Source of the DNA: an uncultured Desulfohalobiaceae bacterium | GTDB taxonomy: Bacteria; Desulfobacterota; Desulfovibrionia; Desulfovibrionales; Desulfothermaceae | Assembly: GCA_964573115.1 (NCBI GenBank) | Contig: CAZNIP010000004.1 | Coordinates: forward strand, 1,190-65,189 | Direction of reading: 5' to 3' | Length of the DNA stretch: 64,000 bases | Part shown: one piece after another, positions 41,803 through 50,702 of the stretch | How positions within the stretch are numbered: position 1 is the stretch's first letter | How the letters are laid out: every line of letters begins with the position of its first letter | Notes under the pieces: model-generated | Told to the model about the DNA's origin: nothing | Databases searched by the model: none | The model's input: only the letters and a program-made list of their open reading frames with translations | Made by a program: the position numbers and the translations under genes

Positions 41803-43448
41803 CTGACATGCAGACGATCCCAACGATGGAAACTGACGTGAACACCCGTGTCCTGGTCATCGGCGGAGCCTGGTCAGGGGCCCGGACTGCCGCCGAGCTG
41901 GTGGATCAAGGATACGGCGTGACCCTGGTCGAAGAGGCCCCGACGCTGGCCAAGGCCAGGGAAGCTTCGAGTTTTTATTCCCGGCTCGTTCCCGATCGGG
42001 ACACGCCACTTCTGGAGACGGTCCAAAAGGTCGAAGACATGGACCACATCGAGCTTCTGACCTCAGCCAGCCTCCTCCATGTGGACGGCCTGCCAGGGAA
42101 TTTCCGGGTCAAGCTCAATGTCGGCGGGCAGATCAAGGACCTCGATGTCGGAGCCGTGGTCGTGGCCACGGATATTGAAGCCAGGCCTGCCTTCGAGACC
42201 TACGGACTGACCCCTGGGGACAAGGTCGTTGGCCTGAGCGAGCTGGAGAGCACCTTGCAGTCCAGGCCGCCGCAGGACGCCAAAGTCGCTTTCCTGGCCG
42301 GGTTCTGCGATGACGGCTCGCCACTGTCCATGGAAAGGATCATGCGCTCGGCCCTGCAGGTCCAGGAAGGTGGGTCCCAGGCTTATGTCTATGTCAGAAA
42401 CATCAAGGTGGCAGCCGAGGGACTGGAAAAACTCTACAAGACAACCCGGGACAAGGGCGTGCTCTACTTCAAGCTCCAGGACAAGCCGGAGCTGGACGGG
42501 GACGGCTCGAGCCTGGTCTTCCTGGATCCGGTCCTGTCCCAGCAGGTTGAGCTCAAACCCGACCTGATGGTGGTCGAGGATCAGCTCGCAGCCAACCATC
42601 TCAACCAGCGTCTGGCCGAGCTCCTGCGCATCGACCTCGGCCCCGGAAACTTCATCCAGGAAAACAACGTGCACCGTTTCCCTGTCCACTCCAACAGGGA
42701 AGGCATCTTTGTGGCCGGAGGCAGCCGGGATGCGCTCAGCCTCCCGGACACGCTGGCCGATGTCGGGAACGTGGCTCTGGAAGTGGCCCGATTCCTGAAC
42801 GACGGGCACAAGAGCGTGCCCGAGCACATGGGCATCGTGGACCGGGAAAAATGCTGCTTCTGTCTGACCTGCTACCGCTGCTGCCCCCACGGTGCCATCA
42901 CCTGGGAAGACAAGCCGGTCATCTCCTCCATCGCCTGTCAGGGATGCGGCATCTGCGCCAGTGAATGCCCTCAGGACGCCATTCAGATCGTGTCCTTTGA
43001 AGACGACACCATCAAGCAGGCCATCAAGGCCCACCTGGCCGCTCAGGCCGAAAGTCCGACCATTATCGCCTTCTGCTGCGAGAACTCGTCCCTGGAGGCC
43101 GGGCACATGGCCCAGACCTTCAATCGACCGCTACCGGCCGGGCTGAAGATGATCAAAATCCCCTGCGCCGGCAAGGTCGACCTGGACTACATCTTCACCG
43201 CCTTCCTCAACGGCGCTGACGGCGTCATGGTTCTGAGCTGCCATCCGGGCAACTGCAAGTCGGTCCGGGGCAACACCTTTGCCAGCTGGCGGGTGGACAA
43301 CGCCTATCGCATGCTGGACAATGCCGGAATGAACCACAGCAGGCTCCTGACCGCCAGTCTGGCTTCGAACATGGATGTCGAGTTCTCTGAGCTGGCCACC
43401 CGGATGGAAGCCAGCCTGAACGAGCTCGGACCTTCCCCTCTGAAGTAA
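41799..43448 (+). CDS. HdrA-like flavoprotein / 2x[4Fe-4S] ferredoxin / MvhD(FlpD) fusion protein
   Basis: ATGA overlap with the upstream gene. It carries VLVIGGAWSGARTAAELV, CCFCLTCYRCCPHGAI and CQGCGICASECPQDAI. The C-terminal IIAFCCENSS...IKIPCAGKVD...MVLSCHPGNC is an MvhD-type domain. Confidence 0.8.
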   Translation: MTDMQTIPTMETDVNTRVLVIGGAWSGARTAAELVDQGYGVTLVEEAPTLAKAREASSFYSRLVPDRDTPLLETVQKVEDMDHIELLTSASLLHVDGLPGNFRVKLNVGGQIKDLDVGAVVVATDIEARPAFETYGLTPGDKVVGLSELESTLQSRPPQDAKVAFLAGFCDDGSPLSMERIMRSALQVQEGGSQAYVYVRNIKVAAEGLEKLYKTTRDKGVLYFKLQDKPELDGDGSSLVFLDPVLSQQVELKPDLMVVEDQLAANHLNQRLAELLRIDLGPGNFIQENNVHRFPVHSNREGIFVAGGSRDALSLPDTLADVGNVALEVARFLNDGHKSVPEHMGIVDREKCCFCLTCYRCCPHGAITWEDKPVISSIACQGCGICASECPQDAIQIVSFEDDTIKQAIKAHLAAQAESPTIIAFCCENSSLEAGHMAQTFNRPLPAGLKMIKIPCAGKVDLDYIFTAFLNGADGVMVLSCHPGNCKSVRGNTFASWRVDNAYRMLDNAGMNHSRLLTASLASNMDVEFSELATRMEASLNELGPSPLK

Positions 43449-43572
43449 GAAGGCGGAGGATCGAGGGTGGGTGGTTGAGCAAGGAGGCTCTCCACTGCAT
43501 TGGGGTTCCTCATCCAGCCTCCTGGGATCATCGAGGCCCACCCTCGTCAGCCCCTTCGTCCTGCGCAAACAA

Positions 43573-43600
43573 GAAAAGCACGCCGGTCGGCGTGCTTTTC
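43573..43600. terminator. bidirectional rho-independent terminator
   Basis: GAAAAGCACGCC-ggtc-GGCGTGCTTTTC between convergent genes. Confidence 0.8.
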
Positions 43601-43648
43601 CGCTTGGTGAACCTTGATGCCCGGCGCAATCATCCACCACACCGGGCA

Positions 43649-43879
43649 TCAGTAGTCGATGAGGTTTTTGCTCCTGGTCCCCATCCGGGCATTGACCTTT
43701 TCGATCCTCTTCTCCAGCTCCAGCCGTCTCCCGGAATCGTCAACCCGGTAGAACTGCCTGAGCAGGAAGTTCCGGCAATCGATGAGCGTATGCCGCTCGT
43801 TTTCCGGATCGACCATCTTCTGGCAAAAGGGGCAGGGCCGGAATGCCGGCTTGTGTTCAGTCTTCTTGAACATGACCAT
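43649..43879 (-). CDS. 76-aa hypothetical protein (CPFC motif), translationally coupled to the REC-TPR gene
   Basis: The start lies 1 nt after the upstream stop. The product is MVMFKKTEHKPAFRPCPFCQKMVDPENERHTLIDCRNF... I recognise no family. Confidence 0.45.
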   Translation of the reverse strand: MVMFKKTEHKPAFRPCPFCQKMVDPENERHTLIDCRNFLLRQFYRVDDSGRRLELEKRIEKVNARMGTRSKNLIDY

Positions 43880-43880
43880 G

Positions 43881-44954
43881 CTAGAGGGCCTGTTTCTGAA
43901 TCATGCTCTTGCCGTCCGGGTCCCAGTTCTGTCCGGTCACTGTGCGATAGAAGTCCCGGGCCTCCTGGAACTCGGGGTTGATGGTCAGGGCCTGCTCCAG
44001 GCAGTGCGCGGCCTTGTCCAGCTCATTGGCGAAATAATACGACTTGGCCACGTTGTAGTGAATGTTTTCGTCGTTCGGATCCAGGTTCAGCGCCTGTTTG
44101 TAAGCCTCTAGGGCCTGCTGGTACTTGCCTTCTTTGCGGAGGTTGATGCCAAGGGTGTTGTAGGGGTTGGGGGCGTTGGCATCGCACTTGAGGATTTGGC
44201 TGAAGATCTTCCTGACCTCAATGAAATCGTCCAGCCTGGCATACTCGTCTGCGGCCTTCTGGAGGTAGGCCTTGTAGCTGTCCATGTCGCCCTTGAGCTT
44301 GTAGGCTTCGGCAATGCCGGTGTAGGCCTTGATGAACAGGTTGTTCAACTTGATGGCCTTCTTGAAGGCTATGATGGCCTTGGCGAATTTCTGCTCCACC
44401 AGATACTGGTTGCCTTTGGTGAAGTAGTCTTCAGCCCGCTCCCCTTCGACATTGCCGGAAACGATTTCGCCAAGGTCTTCGATCGCCCCGTCATAGTCCC
44501 CCTGGGACATCTTGTCTTCGGCTTCGGCAATGAGCCTGTCTTCGATTTCGCTGAGCTGTTCCAACTGGACAATGGTCTGCAGATGGTTCTTCAAGACGTC
44601 CATGCTGTAGGGCCGGATCACGAACCCCGAGCATCCAGCGGCAATGGCGTCCAGGACAAAATCTTTGCAGCTCTGGGAGGACAGGACGACCACCGGCACA
44701 GGGTCCAGCCGGACCATCCTGTTGACCTCGGCGATGAAGGTGTGGACATCCATGTCGTTGAGCTCGATGTCGGTGATCACCAGGTCAGTCGTGTTGTGGG
44801 CCAGAAAGTCCATGGCCGCGACCGCGGAGGAGAACCTGTGGGCCACCTGCAGCTCAAGCTTTTTGAGGCTCTGGGAATCGATATGGAAATGGTCATTGTT
44901 GTTCGTGGTCACAATGACATTCCATCGGGAAAGGGGTTTCTGATTTCTGTTCAT
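43881..44954 (-). CDS. receiver-like (REC) domain + TPR-repeat protein
   Basis: The N-terminal ~130 aa are REC-like, with the phospho-Asp context DLVITDIELNDMD. The acidic pair is degenerate (TTNNND) and the conserved Lys context reads FVIRPY. The C-terminal two-thirds consists of TPR repeats (…AEDYFTKGNQYLVEQKFAKAIIAFKKAIKLNN…). Confidence 0.75.
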   Translation of the reverse strand: MNRNQKPLSRWNVIVTTNNNDHFHIDSQSLKKLELQVAHRFSSAVAAMDFLAHNTTDLVITDIELNDMDVHTFIAEVNRMVRLDPVPVVVLSSQSCKDFVLDAIAAGCSGFVIRPYSMDVLKNHLQTIVQLEQLSEIEDRLIAEAEDKMSQGDYDGAIEDLGEIVSGNVEGERAEDYFTKGNQYLVEQKFAKAIIAFKKAIKLNNLFIKAYTGIAEAYKLKGDMDSYKAYLQKAADEYARLDDFIEVRKIFSQILKCDANAPNPYNTLGINLRKEGKYQQALEAYKQALNLDPNDENIHYNVAKSYYFANELDKAAHCLEQALTINPEFQEARDFYRTVTGQNWDPDGKSMIQKQAL

Positions 44955-45040
44955 AGGCTCAGGACGTGAACTGTCCGTTCATCTGGAACGCCCAGCATCG
45001 ATGAACCTGCATGACCGGCATGGATCCCGGAAGGAGGGCC

Positions 45041-46411
45041 TCATGCGCCGGTCCAGGCCTGGACGTACTGATCCACATCGAACTTGCGTTTGCATCCGGC
45101 GTGGCTCATGTAGCGAATCTGCCCGAACACGGACCTCTCCTGAAAGGGCCGGTCATGGAGTCCGCCGATGGCCCACAGGGCCCCGACGTATCCGTTGGGG
45201 TCACGGCCGTCCAGTTCATAGCGATCGTTGAGTTCGATGGTTCGCTTCAGGGCCTGTTCCGGGTCCTCGCTCCACTCCAGGATCTTTTTGGCCCAGTACA
45301 TGCGGAGATAGCCATGCATCTTGCCCCGCTTGACCATCTCCATCTGGGCGGCATTCCAGAGAGGGTCGTGCGTCTGGCCCTCTTCGAGGTCAGCATAAGA
45401 ATAGAGGTACGGCCTTGGATCCCGGGCGTGTTTGTTCAGGGTTCGCCGTCCCCAGTCCGGGGCTGATGTGAGGCTGGTGGGATGATGGTTCCAGGCGCAG
45501 AAGTTTTCAGACAGCTCCCGCCGGACCACGAGCTCTTCGAGAAAGGCCTCTTTGCCGGCCGCATCGGCATTTTTGGCGTTCCAGGCTTCAAAAGCGGCCC
45601 GCTGCGGAGCGATCTGGCCGAAATGGAGATACGGGGAGAGATTGGACAGGGCCCGGGCATTGGGGTCGTTCCTGTGCTGATCATAGTCGTTGATGATCCG
45701 GCTGACAAACCTGCCCACCTGGTCCATCCCGGCCCTGGTCCCGGGCTCAATCCAGTCGACCGGCCCGACAGTCCGGTCCACGTTGAGGCTCTGGCCTGCA
45801 GCTGTCCAGTCCGGCTCCTGAAGAGGGCTCTGGGCATGGGGATGTTGCTTGAGCTCAGGAAAGGGCTCCAGGTATTCCATGAGCTGGCGGTGAATCTTGG
45901 GTCTGATGGTCCGGGCCGCATATTCCTGCTTGCCTGAAACCTCCCAGCATGGGACCACATTATGGGCATCGACCTCGATCACCGGCACGTCGGCCAGCTG
46001 GGAGACATCCTTTTTCCAGCCCCGCTTGACCGGCAGGGGATCGAAATCCATGACCAGGGAGTGGGCCCTGCAGGAGGACAGGACGCTCCCGATCGAACGG
46101 CCTGGATCACCCAGGAGGAGCTGAAACGGGATGTGCAGCTGCAGGGCCTGCCGGGCGCACTCCTTCAGGCCCTTGAGCATGAAGTCGTACTGCCGCAGGG
46201 TGGCCCCGAGAAAGCTGGGCACGAGGCAAAAGACGATCTGGAGCTCCCTGGAGTCCTGCAGGGCGATGTCCTGGGCGTGGATCAGGGCCCAGTTGTCCTG
46301 AATGCGCTGATCCCTGCTCATCCAGTAGACAACCGGTCCGGGTCCCGGGGTCCCCGTGTTCAGGGTCCTGACTCGTCTGACATTGACGCGCATGAAAGAA
46401 GCCCTGTCCAA
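45041..46411 (-). CDS. phr: deoxyribodipyrimidine photolyase, class II type
   Basis: 456 aa with VVYWMSRDQRIQDNWAL, ...LSPYLHFGQI..., ...MHGYLRMYWAKKILEW.... Confidence 0.85.
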   Translation of the reverse strand: MDRASFMRVNVRRVRTLNTGTPGPGPVVYWMSRDQRIQDNWALIHAQDIALQDSRELQIVFCLVPSFLGATLRQYDFMLKGLKECARQALQLHIPFQLLLGDPGRSIGSVLSSCRAHSLVMDFDPLPVKRGWKKDVSQLADVPVIEVDAHNVVPCWEVSGKQEYAARTIRPKIHRQLMEYLEPFPELKQHPHAQSPLQEPDWTAAGQSLNVDRTVGPVDWIEPGTRAGMDQVGRFVSRIINDYDQHRNDPNARALSNLSPYLHFGQIAPQRAAFEAWNAKNADAAGKEAFLEELVVRRELSENFCAWNHHPTSLTSAPDWGRRTLNKHARDPRPYLYSYADLEEGQTHDPLWNAAQMEMVKRGKMHGYLRMYWAKKILEWSEDPEQALKRTIELNDRYELDGRDPNGYVGALWAIGGLHDRPFQERSVFGQIRYMSHAGCKRKFDVDQYVQAWTGA

Positions 46412-46447
46412 GGGTTGTCCATGGGGCAGGCCAATGCCCCACAGGGG

Positions 46448-46960
46448 TTACAGCTCCAGGATGGAGACCTTCTGGAAGTCGACCACGGCGACCACCCGCT
46501 GCACCGCAACAGTGAAGAGGGCCGATTTCGGGCTGGTGACAAAAGCCTCGAGCTCAGGATATTTGGCCACAAAGACGCTTTCCAGAGACTGGCGCTCGTC
46601 CGCCACAACCTCCCTGGCCTGACCGTTCAAGGTCACGGCCGTCCCCGCCTGGTGGTCGAACTGGACATTGTCCACCTCAGAGACCATGAGGGACACGGCA
46701 CTGTTGACGACCATGTTCTCATATTTCGTGGTCTGCTGGGGGGTGACCAGGATGAGCGAACAGGCACCCGGCCCCTGGGCAAAGGTCATCAGATTGCAGT
46801 ACGGGATGTTGTCCCTGACTGTTGCCAGGGTCAATGTCTTCTGGGCGGCGAGGAATGCTTTCAGCCATTGCAGAAAGGCTGGCCGCTCCTCTCTGGGGAC
46901 CTGCTGACGGGAGGGAGTGTACCTGTCCTGGCTCACGGCGATGATTCTCCTGAAGCTCAA
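46448..46960 (-). CDS. pyridoxamine-5'-phosphate-oxidase-like FMN-binding split-barrel protein
   Basis: 170 aa. ...TLTLATVRDNIPYCNLMTFA... fits the beta-barrel-type pattern. The assignment is weak and pattern-based. Confidence 0.5.
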   Translation of the reverse strand: MSFRRIIAVSQDRYTPSRQQVPREERPAFLQWLKAFLAAQKTLTLATVRDNIPYCNLMTFAQGPGACSLILVTPQQTTKYENMVVNSAVSLMVSEVDNVQFDHQAGTAVTLNGQAREVVADERQSLESVFVAKYPELEAFVTSPKSALFTVAVQRVVAVVDFQKVSILEL

Positions 46961-47172
46961 GGTTCAACTCTGGCCTCTCTGTACCTCATTTGCTCCCAGG
47001 CTGCAATGAGCCGGGGCTCTGGGTGCAGGCGGGGCCTTGCCACCTGAAATCTGAGTTCTTATTGTTACATCACCCTCGCCCGCTGGCAGGGCCACAACCT
47101 GACCTCAGATATTGAGTTCTGACCACCACGACGATCAATGCTGCCAGAGGCAGTTTCAACGAGGAGGTTCCC

Positions 47173-48003
47173 ATGAAGGATTCCGTGATCACATCCATCT
47201 ACCCCGAAGACTTGAGGGACTACATGTCCTCCCATCGGGAGAGGAGGTACACCCTCCTCGACGTCCGGGAGACTGAGGAATACGAACAGGAGCATATTCC
47301 AGGGGCTTTGAACCTGCCCCTGTCCGAGCTCGAAGACAGGCTGGAGGACATTCCCAGGGACAAGGACCTGGTGGTCTACTGTCGCAGCGGCCGGCGATCC
47401 ATGGCCGGGGCGGCTTTGATCACCGAACAGGCCGAACAGCGGGTCCCGTCTGTCTACAACCTCAGTGGAGGCATCACCGCCTGGGAGGGGAAGATCCTGG
47501 AAGACATCCCCAGAATCAGCCTCTTCGACGACCAGGATGACTTTCTGACTGTTCTGCACCGGGCGGCGGACATGGAAAAAGGGGCCTACGCCTTCTACTC
47601 GGCCATCACCCAGCGACTGCCCCGGTCACCCCTGGCTCCGACAGTGGAAAACCTGCAGGAAATGGAGCACAAACATGCCCGGGCGGTCCATGCGATGATG
47701 GCCAGGCATGGCGATGTGGCTCCTTTCGAGGAGTTCTTTGCCGGCCTGTCAGGACAGATCGTCGAAGGCGGGATGGAGCTGGAAGACCTGCTCGATGAAA
47801 ACCGGTGGGTCGAGATCGGGCGATGCATGGCCCTGGCCGAGATCGCCATGGACATCGAGTACAGGGCCTTTGATCTCTACAAGCATCTGGCCTCGAGGTC
47901 CGAGGACCCTGAACAGGAGCAGGCCCTGCTCTTCCTGTCCGAGCAGGAGAAGACGCACATCAGGCTTCTGGCCAAGGGGCTCCGCGGGTGTGTCGAGGCC
48001 TGA
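47173..48003 (+). CDS. rhodanese domain fused to a ferritin/rubrerythrin-like di-iron four-helix domain
   Basis: The rhodanese part is LLDVRETEEYEQEHIPGALNLP...VVYCRSGRRS (active Cys loop). The C-terminal half has ExxH-type pairs (EMEHKH, EQEKTH) in helical repeats. Confidence 0.8.
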   Translation: MKDSVITSIYPEDLRDYMSSHRERRYTLLDVRETEEYEQEHIPGALNLPLSELEDRLEDIPRDKDLVVYCRSGRRSMAGAALITEQAEQRVPSVYNLSGGITAWEGKILEDIPRISLFDDQDDFLTVLHRAADMEKGAYAFYSAITQRLPRSPLAPTVENLQEMEHKHARAVHAMMARHGDVAPFEEFFAGLSGQIVEGGMELEDLLDENRWVEIGRCMALAEIAMDIEYRAFDLYKHLASRSEDPEQEQALLFLSEQEKTHIRLLAKGLRGCVEA

Positions 48004-48042
48004 GCAACCAGGCCTCCGGGTTCAGCCCAGCCAGAGGCTGCA

Positions 48043-48221
48043 CTCGTCTGAAACTTCATGAGGAAGAACCCCTCAGGCCTTCGGCCGGCTCCCCGGACCC
48101 CTCAGGCCTTTGGCCAGCTCCCAAGAACCCCTCAGCCCTGCGAGCAGCTCCCCTTGGAAAAGGGGAGCAGTTAGGGGAGCAGTCAGAGGAGCAGCCTCGA
48201 AAGTTTCTGCCCTGATCCAAC
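48043..48221. repeat. mosaic intergenic repeat, copy 3 (module A + expanded module B with three ~29-nt sub-repeats)
   Basis: ctcgtctgaaacttc... then gaacccctcaggccttcggccggctcccc / ggacccctcaggcctttggccagctccc / aagaacccctcagccctgcgagcaGCTCCCCTtggaaaAGGGGAGC..., ending cctcgaaagtttctgccctgatccaac. Confidence 0.85.
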
Positions 48222-48267
48222 TGGTACAGTCAACAAACTCCTCTACACGGAAAAAATCTTTTCTTCC

Positions 48268-48323
48268 CTCAACCTTCAACCCTCAACCTTCAACCTGTCA
48301 GCCCGGCCTCTGGCCGGGCTGAC
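48268..48323. repeat. CCTCAACC-type short repeats + perfect 12-bp hairpin (GCCTCTGGC apex) abutting the CofD-like gene stop
   Basis: ctcaaccttcaaccctcaaccttcaacct followed by GTCAGCCCGGCC-tct-GGCCGGGCTGAC. Confidence 0.85.
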
Positions 48324-48324
48324 A

Positions 48325-49518
48325 TCAGACGCTCAGGGACAGCAGGATGTCTGCCAGCAGCCGGGGGTCGATACGCTCTGCTCCGCCCTCTGTCACCAGC
48401 CTGGTCTGCAGGATGTCGATTCCCCTTTCTTTGAGGAAATCAATGGGGATTCCTCCTGAATAGCGCTGCCCGTCTTGGTCCACGAGGATGAAGTTCAGGA
48501 CCCGACTGCAGTCCTCAGGGATGTAGTCACGCCCCAGAAGCTGGACCAGGAGCCGGTCCACCTGCATCTGGAGATCGAGCCCCATGCACTCCGGATCCTC
48601 GAAGGTGTTCGGGATGTAGATCTTGGGGCAGCTCGTTTCGGCCACAGCCCTGGCCACGCCTTCGGGCAGGAGGTTGGCCAGCAGGCTGGTGTAGAAGCTC
48701 CCCATGGGATAGCAGATCAGATCGGCAGACTGGATCTGGGCTTTGACCTTGTCCCGGATGGCCACCGGCATCGGGGCCGGTTCCTGCAGGCTCCTGACCA
48801 GGGTCATGCCCTTGATGGCCGACGTCAGGGCCGGCGACCCCTTCCCTGTCAGCAGATGCTGACCGACAACCCGCTGTCCGTCTGCCAGCTCTGCCGCCAG
48901 ATGGGCGTCCACATTGACCACCGGCCGGACCGTTCCCCTGACCTCCACCAGCTTGGAGTAGATGAAGATCACTGGATCGAGGTGGCGGTCGTTTTCCAGG
49001 TAGCCCGCGGTCAGGACCAGGTTGCCCAGGCTGGCCCCCCGAAGGTCAAAGTCTTCGGGCATGTTCCGAGCGAAGAAGTCGAGATGGTGCTTGATGATCT
49101 TGCGCATCGGGTCAGGGACATTGGCCACGTTGGGGTGCTGACCGCGGACAAAGGACTCGAATTCCCTCTTCAGAGCGGCCTGGTCGGCACGGTGCGGGAG
49201 CCGGTGGGAAAAGAGGGCATAAATCTCCGGGTGCCCTTTGACGGTCTGATCAGCCAGGGCCATGAGCCTGTTCCTGATGTCCCCCACTGCAGGCATGTTG
49301 AAGACCCTGCGAAGCTCGGCTGAGCTGCCGCCGGAGTCGAAGGGGGTGATGATGTGGATGGAGTTGTGCGTGGCGTTGATCAGGGTCCGGCTGAGGGCCC
49401 TCAGGGCTGTTCCCCCGCTGAAGAAGAGTATTCTGGGGCCCAGCTCCGGTGACTTCTGAAATCGGGCCAGTCTGATCCGGTCCGGGATGGTGATGTTCCT
49501 GGTCAAGCTGATGTGCAT
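48325..49518 (-). CDS. CofD/YvcK-family protein (GAK-system CofD-like)
   Basis: ILFFSGGTALRALSRTL...ITPFDSGGSSAELRRVF..PAVGDIRNRLMALA matches the CofD/YvcK GGGTG / DdGGSsG / GDiRN blocks. Confidence 0.85.
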   Translation of the reverse strand: MHISLTRNITIPDRIRLARFQKSPELGPRILFFSGGTALRALSRTLINATHNSIHIITPFDSGGSSAELRRVFNMPAVGDIRNRLMALADQTVKGHPEIYALFSHRLPHRADQAALKREFESFVRGQHPNVANVPDPMRKIIKHHLDFFARNMPEDFDLRGASLGNLVLTAGYLENDRHLDPVIFIYSKLVEVRGTVRPVVNVDAHLAAELADGQRVVGQHLLTGKGSPALTSAIKGMTLVRSLQEPAPMPVAIRDKVKAQIQSADLICYPMGSFYTSLLANLLPEGVARAVAETSCPKIYIPNTFEDPECMGLDLQMQVDRLLVQLLGRDYIPEDCSRVLNFILVDQDGQRYSGGIPIDFLKERGIDILQTRLVTEGGAERIDPRLLADILLSLSV

Positions 49519-49619
49519 GGCTCGGTTCGCTGTTGCAGCCTGTTCGTCAATGTCTCGTGCCCCAGGCGTCCCTGACGGGGGAACACACGGCCAGTGCCGC
49601 TCTCAAAGACCAGGCCCCT

Positions 49620-50702
49620 TCACCCCGGGACATGGCCTTCCCGGAGAAAGTGCAGGCACGCCCTGCGGGCATGGTCAAAGTCGACCCCCCCGACAGCCTC
49701 CATGACCACGCACCTGGACAGGACATCGAGGTAGGTCGCCTCTGAGAGGCTGGCTCCGTGACCCTCCTGAGGCAGGAAAAACAGGCCGACCTCTTTCATG
49801 AAGGCCGGCAGGAGGTCCTGGCGTGACCTGAGGTCGACCTCCTGAACACGCACCTGCTCGTTCCTGCGGGACCAGTTCAGGATGAGCAGGCCGTGCATCG
49901 GGGCCGTGAGCTCGAAACGCCCCTGGCCGAAGCAGGTTTCGATGGGCACGTCGTACTTGTGCTCCAGGTCCCAGAGCTGGTCTTCCTCCAGGGAGCTGAA
50001 TCTCTTCAGATCGTCCTCAGGCACGATGTCAACCAGGCAGGGGTTGTTCAGGGCCGTGCCCGGATTGATCCTGGGCAGCTTGGCCACTCCGCGCATGATC
50101 AGCCCGTCCCTGTGGGGACTGACCAGCAGCCTGTCGTTGCTGACAAAAACCGCGTCCTGCTCCAGGAGCTTCAGGGCCAGCGTGGACTTGCCCATGCCTG
50201 AAAAACCGGCCAGGGCCAGTCCCCTGCCCTTCAGGCTGACCCCGGCCGCATGGCCCAGGAGGGCCCCCTGGTGGAGCTGGTCCTGGATGAACCGGTTGTT
50301 GATGAAGTTCACGACCTGGTTGACATTGTTCAGACAGGGGCCCACACAGCAGTGATCAGACCCGCCAAAGACAAAGAGCATCCCGGTCAGGCGCTTGCGG
50401 ACCACCCGGCCGTCGCTCAGGTCGCAAAACTCCTCCTTGATTCTGCTCTTTCCGGGCTCGGGGGGCTTGACCCTGAACTCCAGCCCCAGGTCCGGTTCAG
50501 CTGCTTCATGACAGGTGATCAGGATGTCGGTCTCAGGCCCGGAGATGACAAAAGGACGGAAATAATCGGTCAGGGCCTGCAGCAGCTCTGGATGACTGGC
50601 CTGAACCTCGATCCTGCAGGAATCAAAGCCGAGCTTCAGCCCGGGACTCGTGGGGTGCTGCTGCCGGAGATGCTGGACAAGCTCCCGCCTGGTCACGGTC
50701 AT
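49620..50702 (-). CDS. HprK-related kinase (type B) P-loop protein
   Basis: MTVTRRELVQ... LALAGFSGMGKSTLALKLL has an HPr-kinase-like P-loop in the C-terminal half. ATG 50702 overlaps the ATP-grasp stop (ATGA). The long N-terminal extension in the track (to 51443) is rejected. Confidence 0.75.
   Translation of the reverse strand: MTVTRRELVQHLRQQHPTSPGLKLGFDSCRIEVQASHPELLQALTDYFRPFVISGPETDILITCHEAAEPDLGLEFRVKPPEPGKSRIKEEFCDLSDGRVVRKRLTGMLFVFGGSDHCCVGPCLNNVNQVVNFINNRFIQDQLHQGALLGHAAGVSLKGRGLALAGFSGMGKSTLALKLLEQDAVFVSNDRLLVSPHRDGLIMRGVAKLPRINPGTALNNPCLVDIVPEDDLKRFSSLEEDQLWDLEHKYDVPIETCFGQGRFELTAPMHGLLILNWSRRNEQVRVQEVDLRSRQDLLPAFMKEVGLFFLPQEGHGASLSEATYLDVLSRCVVMEAVGGVDFDHARRACLHFLREGHVPG

Noticed and set aside
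48268-48296. The short tandem CCTCAACC/GGTTGAGG repeats at five loci considered as a degenerate CRISPR array or a coding repeat.
   Set aside because: The units are 6-8 nt, contiguous and spacer-free. They always abut a hairpin at gene ends, and no cas genes are present. ORFs spanning them are artefacts.
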